Below are positions 12,807 to 25,100 of a stretch of DNA of 64,000 bases, one piece after another. Numbering within the stretch: the first letter of the stretch is position 1; every line of letters begins with the position of its first letter. The DNA is from Podarcis gaigeae. Taxonomy: Eukaryota. The position numbers and the translations under genes were made by a program. A model generated the notes under the pieces. That model saw only the letters and a program-made list of their open reading frames with translations. It did not search any database and had not been told where the DNA came from. Location of the stretch: the NCBI GenBank assembly GCA_964106915.2, contig OZ066916.1. The stretch is one strand, 5' to 3'.

Positions 12807-12926
12807 CTGTGAGGGTGTTCCCTCCTTTATAAGGCAAGTTGGCAACAGCATCCATCAAACTCTGTTTGGTTTTGTGTGCACTGAGGTTCCATTCTGTTCT
12901 AGGAGATCCACTATACTGTGCAAGAG
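12807..12926 (-). CDS. COL12A1: COL12A1 exon 19, vWA3 ([40 protein letters not shown])
   Basis: tctcccag acceptor, CAG|gtaaca donor, 120 nt; preceded by an 81-nt intron. Confidence 0.97.
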
Positions 12927-13007
12927 CTGGGAGAGAAATATAACTTAGTTGCAAAAGGTTCCGAAACAGCAACACCCCCAAATTATTTCATGACATTCAA
13001 AGCTTAC

Positions 13008-13157
13008 CAATCTGCACTTTGTCGGGACCAATGTCAAAAACTTCAACAATGCGACCAATGAAGCTTCTGATTGTTTTAAAATTTTGCCGACCAATGCTCC
13101 ACGAGCCATCCACCAGCAACACAATATCTGCTTCTACTTTGGTTTTGCATTCCAGGC
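13008..13157 (-). CDS. COL12A1: COL12A1 exon 18, start of vWA3 ([50 protein letters not shown])
   Basis: Manual translation; gtgacag acceptor, gtaagc donor, 150 nt; DxSxS MIDAS motif. Confidence 0.97.
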
Positions 13158-15465
13158 CTGTCACAGCAATCAAAATACAAGTGTGTTAGTTGCAGCAAAC
13201 GAACAGCTGTTTTCTATCCTATCCTCTTTTACATTGTCCAGCATGCATGGCTTAAGTAACTGACTAGTGTTCTTCTATATAAATTGGAACTTAAAGTTGT
13301 TAGGAGCATTCCATAGTGCTACCAATAACACTTCCGAGATTATGTATTATTAATATTTGCTTTAAAAGGTGTGCTGTGAAGCATATTCTGGTGAGTGCTG
13401 CCCGTAACACTGACATGATCTATTAGAATATTACTTAACCTGGGCCCAAGGGCAGTGAGAATCAACACAGCTAAATTATTGAAAAACTAAATAAACTTAA
13501 GTTAGGTAGCCAGTGACAATGACTACTTCAAAATTGCACATCTTCTCCAGTTAAATATGTGTGAGCATTGATAAAATCTGAGGAGTGTTAAACAAGAATC
13601 TTTAGAAATTAGTCCATATGCTTAATATGTGGAGATAAATGATAAAATTAATTTTATACTGTTTTGTGGTCTGTTAATGAAGATGGTGCAGACTTTTACA
13701 CATTTAACACAACAAGAGAAAGAACACAACACATATAAGATACAGAAACACACATAAACACAAAAGAATCAGAAGTGACAAAAACAAACATTTATACAAA
13801 GTTTTAAATGCTTCAGAGAGAAAGTAAATAAAATATTGGGGACTGTCCACTTGTAGGATAAAAATAAGAACTGCTTTCTACATGCTGAAAATCACAGTGT
13901 GTTTATACAAAGCAGAAAGACACAAGGGTTTAAAATATGATCCTTTCATTAGCCGTTTGAATGGGTGTATGTGTGCTCTTCCTCCTTTTTTCCTCTGGAG
14001 ATCATGTTACCAGCAGCAAAACCTTCTGGCTTCATGCCATCATAGCTTCTGGTCTTTACATGGAAGAAATCCCATTGAGTAAAATCAGGCACACTCATCA
14101 GAGTGATTTCATCTATGTTCCACATAATTGATCCAAAACTGTAGATTCATGAATAGAACTATTCCAGGTACCTGAGGATTTAAAAGCATGATCCTCTTCT
14201 GCATAGAAAATACAACACTAGTCTTTAATCAACACAATCATCAATTATGAAATAGGGTATATATTAAAGTTCATGCACTTGCTAACACTGTTCAGGATTC
14301 TAAGAGCCTTGTGTGAGAGGAGGGGACCAGAAAAGCCCTGATAATTGTGAATGCAAAGCAACACACACGGTTATCTGGAGTCTGGCCTTAATTTTAAACA
14401 TTGGAAATATCAATGCCATCAAATCTTTTGTAAATTTAGTCTCCAACCAGAAAGCCACGGCAGAAAGTCTATATGTTTTAATGCAGCATATGGATTTTTA
14501 TGAGCACAATTTTCCATAAAGGCTGCCACTTCACCTCAATTTATTTAAAAAAGAAAGAAAGAAAAGCATCTTAGGTTGTAGGGAATAACTGCAGGAATAA
14601 AGGGAAATTGCAATGATATAAACGGGGTATTATCCTGCCAACATTAGGAAGTTTTTAAGGTGCACTTATTTCAATGGGAGAGAGTTAAGTATGGGTAGTG
14701 CTTAACTACATTTTAATCAAAGTGGACCCACTGAGATTGACATAAGTCATGTTCATTCATTCCAATTAGCCTACTCTAAGTAAAAATTAGTCAAATAGCA
14801 GCTCATGTGCTTAACTGTCCCCTAAGAATAAATAAGACTGAAAAATACCTAGTTTTAGCCAGACTGTAGTTACTGAGTTGGATCCAAGGGTTCCCTGCTG
14901 TGAAGGATGGACTTTTCCATCCTCAAAAGTATTCTTTCCTCCATAAGAATGGAACACAGTATAACTCAGTATAAGTGACTTCAGTGGAATTATAGTGCTG
15001 CACTGAACCCTGCATTTCTTTCACTCCATTCAAAGGAGGAATTCATTTTTCTGCCTCTTTTGCAGGGAGCAAGAGAACTTTGCAAAAAAATAAAATAAAT
15101 CCTAGGATGGAGGTGAGGACTGTATTTAGCTTATCATGTCAGTCAAGTGGCCAATGGGTGTTATCTGTTGTTGTTGCTGCTGCGCTTGCTGCTTCGCATT
15201 GAAAGGCTTTAAGAAAGTCCTACACTCACTTGTACAAACTGCCTTCCAGCCTGCGATGTAACCATGCAACAGCACAAAGTCAGATTTTGATTATATATAT
15301 ATAATTTTACTTATATACCACTTAATACCAGAATGGGCTTCTAAGATGTTTACAAAGTACACACACACAAGCTGAAAGACTGCTTGCAAAAAGCCCTGCG
15401 AGTGAGCGGGGGCGGGGGCCTTTCCTAACACTGCTAGATGCAATCCCTGCTGCCACACACACATA

Positions 15466-15530
15466 CAGTGGTACCTCGGGTTACCTGAAGAGTATTTAAC
15501 CTGGAGCTTATGTAACCCGAGGTACCACTG
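15466..15530. mobile_element. 65-bp internally deleted Tigger-like MITE
   Basis: Perfect 19-bp TIR CAGTGGTACCTCGGGTTAC with TA on both sides. Confidence 0.85.
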
Positions 15531-15666
15531 TACATGCCTGTCCTGTGAATTTTGTTCAAGTTTCACTTTTTGAAAATACGTTCATGCCCACCCACACCCT
15601 CTTGAGGGGAAGCACTGTGAAGTTTCAGAACACTGATCATTTTCTATATGGAGGAGTTAACTACTA

Positions 15667-16091
15667 CAGTGGTACCTTGGGTTACATATGCTTCAGGTTA
15701 CATACACTTCAGGTTACAGACTCCGCTAACCCAGAAATAGTACCTCGGGTTAAGAACTTTGCTTCAGGATGAGAACAGAAATCGTGCTCCGGCGGCGCAG
15801 CAGCAGCAGACTGCAGCAATGGATTTTCAGAATGAATTAAATACAGTGGTACCTCAGGTTAAGTACTTAATTCGTTCCGGAGGTCCATACTTAACCTGAA
15901 ACTGTTCTTAACCTGAAACACCACTTTAGCTAATGGGGCCTCCTGCTGCTGCCACGCCACCGGAGCCCGATTTCTGTTCTCATCCTGAAGCAAAGTTCTT
16001 AACCTGAAGCACTATTTCTGGGTTAGCGGAGTCTGTAACCTGAAGCGTATGTAACCTGAGGTACCACTGTACTTAACCCGAGGTACCACTG
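15667..16091. mobile_element. Nested Tigger-like MITEs: inner copy 15844-16069 inserted into outer copy 15667-16091
   Basis: Two stacked right ends (gtaccactg-TA-cttaacccgaggtaccactg-TA); inner copy flanked by TA and oppositely oriented. Confidence 0.85.
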
Positions 16092-16503
16092 TATTTCCCA
16101 TTTCACTTGCAGCATTATATGCCTTCTGACAGTGTTTCAGTTTTGGCCAGTGAACTATTGCACAGTGAATTATATGCACGCTTACTCAGAAGCTGCACTG
16201 TGTGCACTGGGGCTTACTCCCTAGTAAATGTATTTAAGATTGCACTATCAAGCAGATACAGTGCAGAAACAGTCCTGGATCCAAAGAACTGAAGAAAGTA
16301 ATTCCAGATGTCCATGTTTGCTTGGAGTTTTTCAAACACTTGCCATAGAGTAAACCTCTTGAAATTTTGGGGAATGTTCAAACATGGTATGTTATTCACC
16401 ACAGGGGTCAAAGAAAAATGTTTTTAAAAATTCAATGGGTGAAGTCATTGGACACATATAAAATAGCTGTTTGGATCCTGGCCAAATTTTATTCACCCTA
16501 AAT

Positions 16504-16638
16504 CAGGCATAGGCAAACTCGGCCCTCCATATGTTTTGGGATACAACTCCCATCATCCCCGACCACTGGCCCTGTTAGCTAGGGATGATGGGAGTTGTAG
16601 TCCCAAAACATCTGGAAGGCCGAGTTTGCCTATGCCTG
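16504..16638. mobile_element. Palindromic hAT-type MITE, 135 bp
   Basis: Near-perfect fold-back caggcataggcaaactcggcc...ggccgagtttgcctatgcctg; perfect 8-bp TSD ccctaaat. Confidence 0.88.
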
Positions 16639-16761
16639 CCCTAAATTCTCTGAAAGGTTTCAAAATCCTTCCTACAGCATTTTCTAATTTCCAAAGAAAA
16701 GGACAGTGGTGGCACCATATGGGCTGTTTATTGAATCCATATAGTGCTGTATGGTTGGTTG

Positions 16762-16766
<5 letters not shown>

Positions 16767-16796
<30 letters not shown>
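16767..16796. repeat. (GT)15 microsatellite
   Basis: Read directly. Confidence 0.95.
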
Positions 16797-16800
<4 letters not shown>

Positions 16801-17136
16801 CGTGTATTTGACAATGCAAGAGTAACTGTATAAGTCTGCATAGCTATAATGTGAAATGGGGCAATAATCATTTAAGTCTTCACAAATAAGAGAGCGCCTT
16901 TTCATAAAGATGGAAACTAACAGAGAGGGAAGTTATCTTTAAAAATGGTCACTAAAGACCAAGGAGTGGTCTTCATGAAAAGCAGCCTTTTTTCTTTTTG
17001 CAATTACTCCTGCAAGTAAATAACTGTATCAGTTAATTGTGTTGAAAACAGTTCGCTTTACCAGTTTTATAAAGGTAAAGATCTACAGCTAGAATATCCA
17101 AATAAGAAACGGGCTTCTCATTAAAACCATATTTAC

Positions 17137-17258
17137 CTTCAGGTAAAAAGGGCACCTCAGCAGTATCTGAAAGGGTAGTCATTTCTTCTCCAATCAGTGG
17201 TGCACTTTCACCTCCTTCAAACATTCCAAAAACATTGACTTTGTAGGAAGTGCCTGCC
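17137..17258 (-). CDS. COL12A1: COL12A1 exon 17 ([41 protein letters not shown])
   Basis: cacacag acceptor, AAG|gtaaat donor, 122 nt, phase 2 to 1. Confidence 0.96.
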
Positions 17259-17569
17259 CTGTGTGATTTAAATGCATACATGAAGCAAATTAGACTGAAT
17301 GGATGGCTTACTTTGACACCTTTATAGATTTATTCACTCTGTTTTTAATCCTGCCATTTCTCAAAGGAGCTCAGGGCAAAATACATGGCTCTCTCCCCAC
17401 TGATTTTATCCTAAGAAGGATATCAGGTGGGTTAGGCTGGCCCAACAAGATCTTCCAAAAAAGCTTTGTGGCCAAGTGTGGATTGGAACCTGGGTCTTCT
17501 TGATTCTCCCTGTCATGGATTTTTAAGGCAGGGTAAGTCTTCAGGAGCTGAAATCTAAAGCTTTCTTTT

Positions 17570-17693
17570 TCACAGAGAACTCACAGGAACTCCTTTCCGG
17601 CACCTCTCAGGTGAGCGCCATTGCCATTCTAAGAGAAAAAGGGAGGTGTTCATTGTGAGTTCCGGCACCTCTTTTTCTAGAAAAATGGCACTG
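17570..17693. mobile_element. Short interspersed DNA-transposon-like repeat, same family as 33371-33506
   Basis: Shared gaactcac...gccattgccattct...gagttccggcacctctttttctagaaaaatggcac; ends approximate. Confidence 0.7.
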
Positions 17694-18043
17694 AGCAAGA
17701 AACTATTATAGAAGCAAGAGATTGGTCCTTACAACTGAATATCTATAGCTGTATCTCCTAGCTTTGAGCCAAGCTTGACCATCAAGACAGCTAACAACTA
17801 CTACAGACCCAGCAGAAGGTTTTTACAAGCTTTCTTGAGGGTCATATTTTAATTCATTTATTTGAATAGTATATCTACCATGCCTTTCTGCCTTTGGCAT
17901 CTAAGGCAGCTAATGAAACAGACTTTAAAAAATAAACATTGGATGAGAGAATTGGTTATTATATGCTGAAAGAGATGCAGTTGACCGAAAAATACCTGGG
18001 GGGGGGGAATACTGATAAGAAAGGAAATTATGAGTGGCAATAC

Positions 18044-18236
18044 CTGAGCTCCTCCAATACAACAGTGTTGTCATATGGCCCAACTATTAATTCTCCAAGG
18101 CGCCTGCTTTCTCCAGTTGGATGGAAAGTTACTTTATAACCCGTCACTTCACCGGGGGCTGGCTCCCAGGTTACACGGAAACTTGACATCGTAGAATCAG
18201 AAGTGTGCAGATTTCTGGGAGGTTTAAATGGGGAAG
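18044..18236 (-). CDS. COL12A1: COL12A1 exon 16 ([64 protein letters not shown])
   Basis: gttgcag acceptor, CAG|gtattg donor, 193 nt. Confidence 0.96.
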
Positions 18237-20174
18237 CTGCAACAGTCAAGAAACACACAAAATTAAGTGTTTGCTATATTCAAGCATAAAATCCTCATTT
18301 CAGTTTTTTAAAAGTGAATGCATTATAGCACCTGTACGCTTTGCCCTAACAGCCCAAGAAAATTGGTTCCAAGGAGTTGAGGGATCCTCCAGAACAGGGT
18401 AGAATGTGGCATAGGAGGAAGGAGATATGGTAAAAAAACAACAACCCTCCCTTCCTCTTCTATTACCAGATCCCTCTATTGGATCAAAAGCCCTTGCATA
18501 TGCACAATATTACCAAATGGATACCACCATAGGTTCCCCCCCCCCACACACACACATTATGATTGTTTAATGAGCAAAGCTATGAAGGTGGTGCTATCAC
18601 TCATTATAGCTGATATAAGTGATTTCTTACAAAGTTGTATACATTTTAGGTTTTCATTGAAATGTCACAGACTGTAACTCTTACATTCTATGCTTCAGAT
18701 GAAGGGGGCTCTAATCTGTAAACTCTTATGTTTTCTATTCACCTGTAAGGTGCCACAAAACTCTCAACCATTCTCATTTTTGAAGCAATTCAGATGACCT
18801 AATCATTGCCATGCCAAGAGGAACAGGAGCAGAGAACTAGTCTCTAAAGCTCCAAACCATTTAGAGCACCTTAAAGCTAGTTAACACTCATCATCAATTT
18901 TGCACTGTATCTGGAAACCGGCAAGCAGTGCAGCCAATGCAGATTAAAGAACACTGGAATAATATACTACTGGTTTAACAAGCAATAGATTCCTTCCTGA
19001 GCCAATTTTTCCTAGTGGGTTGAATGCTATCTCATTTGCAGTTTGTTTGTTTGTTTGTTTTTTAGCTAAAAGGGCAGCAATCTAATCTCAATGAGCAAAA
19101 GCCAAGTATTCTAGTAGGGGATGAAACAGACACACCTTCTTGGCTTTTTAAACTCGCTAAACTCAGAATCTTAGGGGAGAAGATGATGTGAGCCCACTTC
19201 CTGGATCACTGATAGCAAGACATAATTATAACATCCTTTCAAACCACTGTTACTGCAAAAGGCTGCTCTTTTAATAGCTCCTATGATGATTCATAATCAG
19301 AGCCTCTGAAAGAAGAGCATCAAACCTAGATCTCTAGTGGAAAGCCATTTAAAAATATTTATTCTACTTTGGCTGAAGCAGCCTCAATAGAAGCTTAACA
19401 TAAAGGCCGCTTAATTTCTAAGATCAGAGGAGTGAGGGTTCAAAACCCTGTGGAAGTTGCTCTGTAAAATACTTTCTCCAGGTGTGTGTTAAAGGCTGGC
19501 TCCCAGGAGAACCAGCTCAAGTTATCTGTCCTTTATTCATAATTTATACATATTCCATTGTGGAGCCCTGGAACTGAAAATGTTCCTGAGATTAAGTGTT
19601 ACCGAATAATTCTGGCTCAGATTGAAAGCTTTGAGCACCACTAAAACTCCATACAAAACAGTTAGAAATCCAAGTAGGTAATTTCTAACTGCCACACGGT
19701 CAAGCAGCTTCCCATACTGCTAAACAAGGCATGCAGGAAGCAGCACTTTAAAAAGAGGTATAAAGCTGCTTGAAAATGTGTGCCAAAAGAATCCCATATA
19801 AATTCCCTGTTTGCTCTTTGTGCCACTTTGCTAATCTCCCTTTCTGTCACTGGGCTTAACCAAGAATTAACACAGAGATCAGCAGAATCCTTGTGTGGTT
19901 TGCAGGAGACAAGCGGCTTATACCACATCTGACGAGGCTGGCCCTCCCATGTCACCTTGGGAGCAGATAGGGAGCATGTTTAAAAATAGCTAGAATATTG
20001 TAAACACACACATAGATGACAAAATATGACATCTTAAACTAACATTTACAGTCTTTGGCAGCCTTACTAATGCTCATACAGGGTGAGTCCTTTAAAAGAA
20101 GCTCTGTGGATACAGAGTACACATGTTGCATGGGGCCTGTTTTAAAAGACTCACCTGTACATGTTGCAGGAGTG

Positions 20175-20179
<5 letters not shown>

Positions 20180-20217
<38 letters not shown>
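20180..20217. repeat. (AC)19 microsatellite
   Basis: Read directly. Confidence 0.95.
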
Positions 20218-20219
<2 letters not shown>

Positions 20220-20252
20220 CTCTACATTCATGCAGTGTAGAAATCAATGTAC

Positions 20253-20519
20253 CTGTTGTTCCTTCGCCTTGTCTGTGTTTTCCTTCACCAGTTTTATACA
20301 TTGGAATGACAGAGATGTCGTAAGTCGTCAGTGGCTGGAGCCGTTTCAGGACGGTGGTGGTGGAGGAAGGCGGCACTTTTGCGACCATTTGTCTTCCTCC
20401 TCTACGGGGCCGGTAAACTACACGGTAGCTGACAACCTTTCCAGGTGCAGGCTGCCAGGTAACTCTCATGGTGGTCTCTTTCTCTTCATCCACTCTCACG
20501 GTCCTAGAGCTAGGAGACA
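20253..20519 (-). CDS. COL12A1: COL12A1 exon 15, whole FN3 ([29 protein letters not shown]...RQGEGTT)
   Basis: 267 nt, phase 1-1; acceptor actgaaaag is atypical but is the nearby AG that keeps frame; CAG|gtacat donor. Confidence 0.92.
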
Positions 20520-20624
20520 CTTTTCAGTGTAAAATAAAATGAAAGCAAACATATTGGGGTGGGTTGTTTTTGTTTTTGGTGAAACTTAACTTGACATATA
20601 AACTGCTGCTACAACCCTCTGTAA

Positions 20625-20752
20625 TAGTGAGACTCTTAACCTCAGGGTTGTGGGTTCAAGTCCTACATTGGACAAAAGATTCCTGCATTGCAGGGGATTG
20701 GACTAATTGACCTTTGTTGTCCCTTCCAACTCTACAATGCTATGATTCTATG
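20625..20752 (+). mobile_element. tRNA-derived SINE with CR1-like 3' tail
   Basis: B-box-like ggttcaagtcc then ...cccttccaactctacaatgctatgattctatg; related copy at 50035. Confidence 0.7.
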
Positions 20753-21863
20753 CCATGCTTCTATACTATCTCCCCATGTGAAAGTTGGTAAATATGCCTT
20801 TTAAGAGCAAAAATTTCTCAAATTTGGGAAATGTGCTCTCAGTATTTAGAAAATCCAACTGCATTTGGCTCTGGAAAGACCAGGCCTTCTTGGCTTCTCA
20901 CAACCACAGACTCTTCACCCATATATAATTAAAATGCTGCAACAATGGCTCTCAGTGCTTTGAACAAATAGTTCCAGGTTCACACAGGGTATACTGTTTC
21001 TCTGCAACTTTGGAATTTCTGCTTTTATGCCACACTAAACACTGTTTCCCATTTCCTGTTGGTTCATTCAGCACAATAAAAGAAGCCATAGCAGGTGGCT
21101 CTATTAATTACTACAGCACTGCTGGGCAAGTCAACTCCTCCTGGATGACTTTAATGTTTGATGGTGCAGCAGCAAAGTTGGCACAAGCTTGAACTTTCCA
21201 ACCCATAGCTTCTGGCATAGGATGAATGGAAGCAAGCAAAAGGAACAATTCTCTGCTGTCATGAATACAAGGACTGTCTGATAAAAGAAGCGGGTAGCCC
21301 ACCTACACTCCATCTGCTAATCTCATTGAACTATGCCCACAACCAAACCTCAGTTCAAGTTTTAAGACAAAAATCTATGGAAACACTTCTGAGGCGCTAA
21401 TGTCCTTTTCGACGAATCCTTGAATTGGAACTCAACTAGGCAACATGGATTGCTTCATATTCCAAACTTGGGTGCAAATTCTCCACGATTCAGAATTATA
21501 GTATAACTAATAATTAGGTATTTAAGAACTAAATAGATAGGGCGCAATTCCAGCAGGCCCTGCCTTTTTTAATCCTAGTATGTTCCCTACCAATATTAGG
21601 TGCATTGAGTAACATCACTATTGCAAACTTACCTGTACAATGCACATGCTCTATTTCTCTTCCCCAATGTTTTCCCCAAAATCTGCTCTGGGGGTTTGGG
21701 GGAACTCAACAGCACAGATTGGGAGATGCAGAGTGTAAGGAGGACATCTCCTTGCATGTCTTCTGGCACTACACTAGATATTTCCCATTAACATTAAATT
21801 ATAAATTATAAGAAAATGAGAAGTTTTGAATCTTTGTTACCAGTGATTCTATATTCTATCTAC

Positions 21864-22133
21864 CTTCAGTTGTAGCTTCTCCCTCTAAAGGAGCTCCTTC
21901 TCCACTTCTGTAAGAAGCCAAGACTGAAATTTTATATCTGGTCTCAGGCTGAAGGTTTTCCAGTACAGTGTTTATTACATTTCCAGGAACGGTTTTCTCT
22001 CCAGACTGATCATCATAAAGTGATTTCCATATAATTCTGTACTGATTAACTGATCCTGGAGCTGCTGTCCATGACACTCCAATAGTAGTATCAGTTATGT
22101 CTCTGGTTACCAAGTCACGAGGGGAGCCACGTT
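21864..22133 (-). CDS. COL12A1: COL12A1 exon 14, whole FN3 ([27 protein letters not shown]...[16 protein letters not shown])
   Basis: tttgcag acceptor, AAG|gtagat donor, 270 nt. Confidence 0.96.
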
Positions 22134-25100
22134 CTGCAAAGGAGAAATGCAAGAAATGTAGATTAAAACACAGTAAATAAATGCTGCAATAAACCAAGAA
22201 CAGTAAAGGCCATGAAATAAAACACAGCAAAACTAATGCATATTAAATTCATTCATTTAGAAGTTGAATTCCAGGTGCCTGAAGTCAAGAGAAAACTTTT
22301 GCACACACTAAATGAATATACATAATATAATTTAGCTATACATTGGGCCAAAGTCCATTTTAACTACTTTCCTGATCTCAAAGCAGTTTTGCTTCAAAAT
22401 GGGGGTGTAAATCTAGTGACTCTCACAGATACTGCAATAAATTATTGTTCTGAAATAAAACATACAAAGTGTCTGAATTACAAATAATTTGGCGCATCTC
22501 TATTATGAAGATCATAGACTTTGAAACTCCATTGCTATTTTCAAAAATACAGTAGCAGATAGTTCAGTTCACATTGGGTGGTAGCAAATAAACAACAACA
22601 ATTATTCTATTATTTATACCCCGCCAACCTGCCTGGGTTTTCCCAGCTGCTCTGGGAGGCCTCCAGCACATGCAAAAACAAAGTAAGACATCAAACATTA
22701 AAAACTTCCTGATACAAGGCTGATTTCAGATGTCTATTAAAAGTTGTGTATATGTTTTGTGAGTGGACGTCTCCCCTGCAGATCCCAATACATCCTCAAA
22801 ATCTGCTCCAGGTGGTCTGCAGTGGGGAGGAGCATATGGGGAAGTCCTGTTACACTAAGAGAAATCCAATCCACTGATGTAAGGCCAGAATTGGATACAA
22901 TCCATTTTATTTTAATTTTTACTTAACCTGACTGTGCGAACCTGCTGTCAGTTATGGGGATAGCTACTTATTACCACTGGCCATTTCCTATGCTTCACTT
23001 CCAACAAGGGCAGATTTAGGGCTGTGTGTGAGTGATGTGCACGCACTGGGCACTGAGTTGAGGGGACATTGGGGACATCTTCTCAAAGCCCAGTAAGCAA
23101 GGTGCTGGGGCTTTGGGAAAGAGGAGTGAGGCTCTGACAGGGTCCCAGAGTCCTCCTAACTCCTTCACAAAGCCTAGTTAGTGCTTTTCCAGCTTTGCCT
23201 GACTACAACCCCAGGAGAACAACCTTCCTGGAGGAGTGAAAGGTGCTGGATTTCAAAAGAAACACACAATTTATTTGTTGTTGTTTTTTACTTTGTTCTG
23301 TAAAGCTTCAGCTCTCAAAATATGGCTTTTTCATTCATTCAAAAAAATGACTTCAATCCAAATGGAAAAATATGGAAAAATTGTGTTGATATAATGTACA
23401 GATGTCTCAAAATAAATGGCTTTTCTTTCCATATTTTAATGTAATATGAATACATAGGCCACTTTACATTGACTACTTTACTTCAAGCCTCTGCCATAGT
23501 GTGCCTTCAGGATTAAACTATCTGCAGTTATAATAATATTTCAACAATTAACTATGGAAATCTGGATGACTACATCTATACACTGGACATACTGCAAAAA
23601 TAATTGTATGTTTGAAACAATTGTCACCTGAACTAGGATATGTACCATTAGATAGAAGAAGTGATTTATTTCCAATGAAGTATAATATATGTCAATGATA
23701 ATAATAATAATAATTCAGGAGTCATAAGATGTTCTGTGGTTTTAAAAATACCATGTTTTTGTTGAATGAACTATTACTGTGAGTTTCCAAGAAAGCCACA
23801 AGGGCTAAGTGGAAAATGCTGACCTCAGATAACTGGGAACTGGTGGCAAGACACCTTTCCTAAGAAAGTTGACTTGCTTTTCAAGTCAAATAATACATTT
23901 AGGAAAAACATATTGAATAGCAGCCTGATGCTAAACACATTTTACATGGAAATAAATATCCCCCTAAATTCCAACTAATTAAAACCTGTGGCATTGTGCA
24001 ACAGGACTTTCCCCATCTCCTCCCCTGAACACAGTCCCAAATTTGCTCCTGGGGGCAGGGACACAGTGTGGGGAGGGTCAGGGGGTATAGTCCCTACCTC
24101 TGGGGGTCTCTGGGCCCCAGAGCCTGGCCCATCTTTTTTCCCCATTCATCATAACTCCCTAGCCGCTTCACCTATGCTTCTGACATTTTGCAGGTTACTT
24201 TTCTAGGGGCACTTCTATGGTGCACATTGGCTAGGACTGATGGAAACTGGAGTCCAACAACATAAGGCAGGTCACATATTCCCCACCCTGAAGTACATCA
24301 TTTTCATATTAACATTGCTATCCATAAAACCACAGGAAGGGAAGTAAATCTCTTTTAATCTTCCACCAGAAAAAGAACAACTTCAAAGGTACCTATCAAA
24401 AAATAATACAAAATCCTGGATCTATTGCTCTGTAACTTGGCAAGTTTCTGACCAAGGGGTACTGTTGTGGTGTGGGTTATTTACACATACAAAATGCCTG
24501 TAAAACAAGAATGGGGAGGGTAAATGAATCCTTTTTTAACTATCTCAAAATTGTAAGGGTTGATCCTTGCAATAAAACCATCATTCTGAAATGTGACAGG
24601 ATTCAGCACTTCAAAAGAGGCCATGGTGCCTGCAAATTTTATTCCACTCTGCCAAAAAATTAAAAAGTTTTTTTTAAAATGTTCTTTAAACAAAAGCAAA
24701 GGTCCAGCATAAAATTCCTTGAACCTATTTGTCTCTACTTTAGCTAACTTTCTCCAATCAGGCAGGACTACTATGCCTGTAAATTTCACCCAATTCTGTC
24801 AAAATGAAAAAAGCCTGTAGCCTTTCTTTCAATTCCCCATAGGAGTGAATGGTAGCAGCATGAAGTTTTGATTTTCTAAACTGGGATTCAGTTGCAGATC
24901 ATCAGCTAAACTAAATCTAGCAGCTTTATGAAACACCAGCTTGAGGTCTGAACCAAGTCTTGTGGTCAGCACACACTAATGTATTCACCAGTATTCTTTT
25001 CTTCTGAAGGGTTCTTATTCCTTAGAAACATGCCAGATGTTTCCATCCTCACCATTAGTGTCCCAAGGAAATCTGAGATGCACTGTGAGACTGAGGCAAA

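Noticed and set aside
15464-16093. Recurrent aacctgaa / gtaccactg motifs resembling a repeat-spacer array
   Set aside because: Explained by MITE terminal and subterminal repeats in a vertebrate intron; not CRISPR.
21626-21690. Strong CAG|GTAAGT donor in intron 14 with upstream AGs giving 50- or 55-nt pseudo-exons
   Set aside because: Both are frameshifting and the sequence looks repeat-derived; no support without RNA data.
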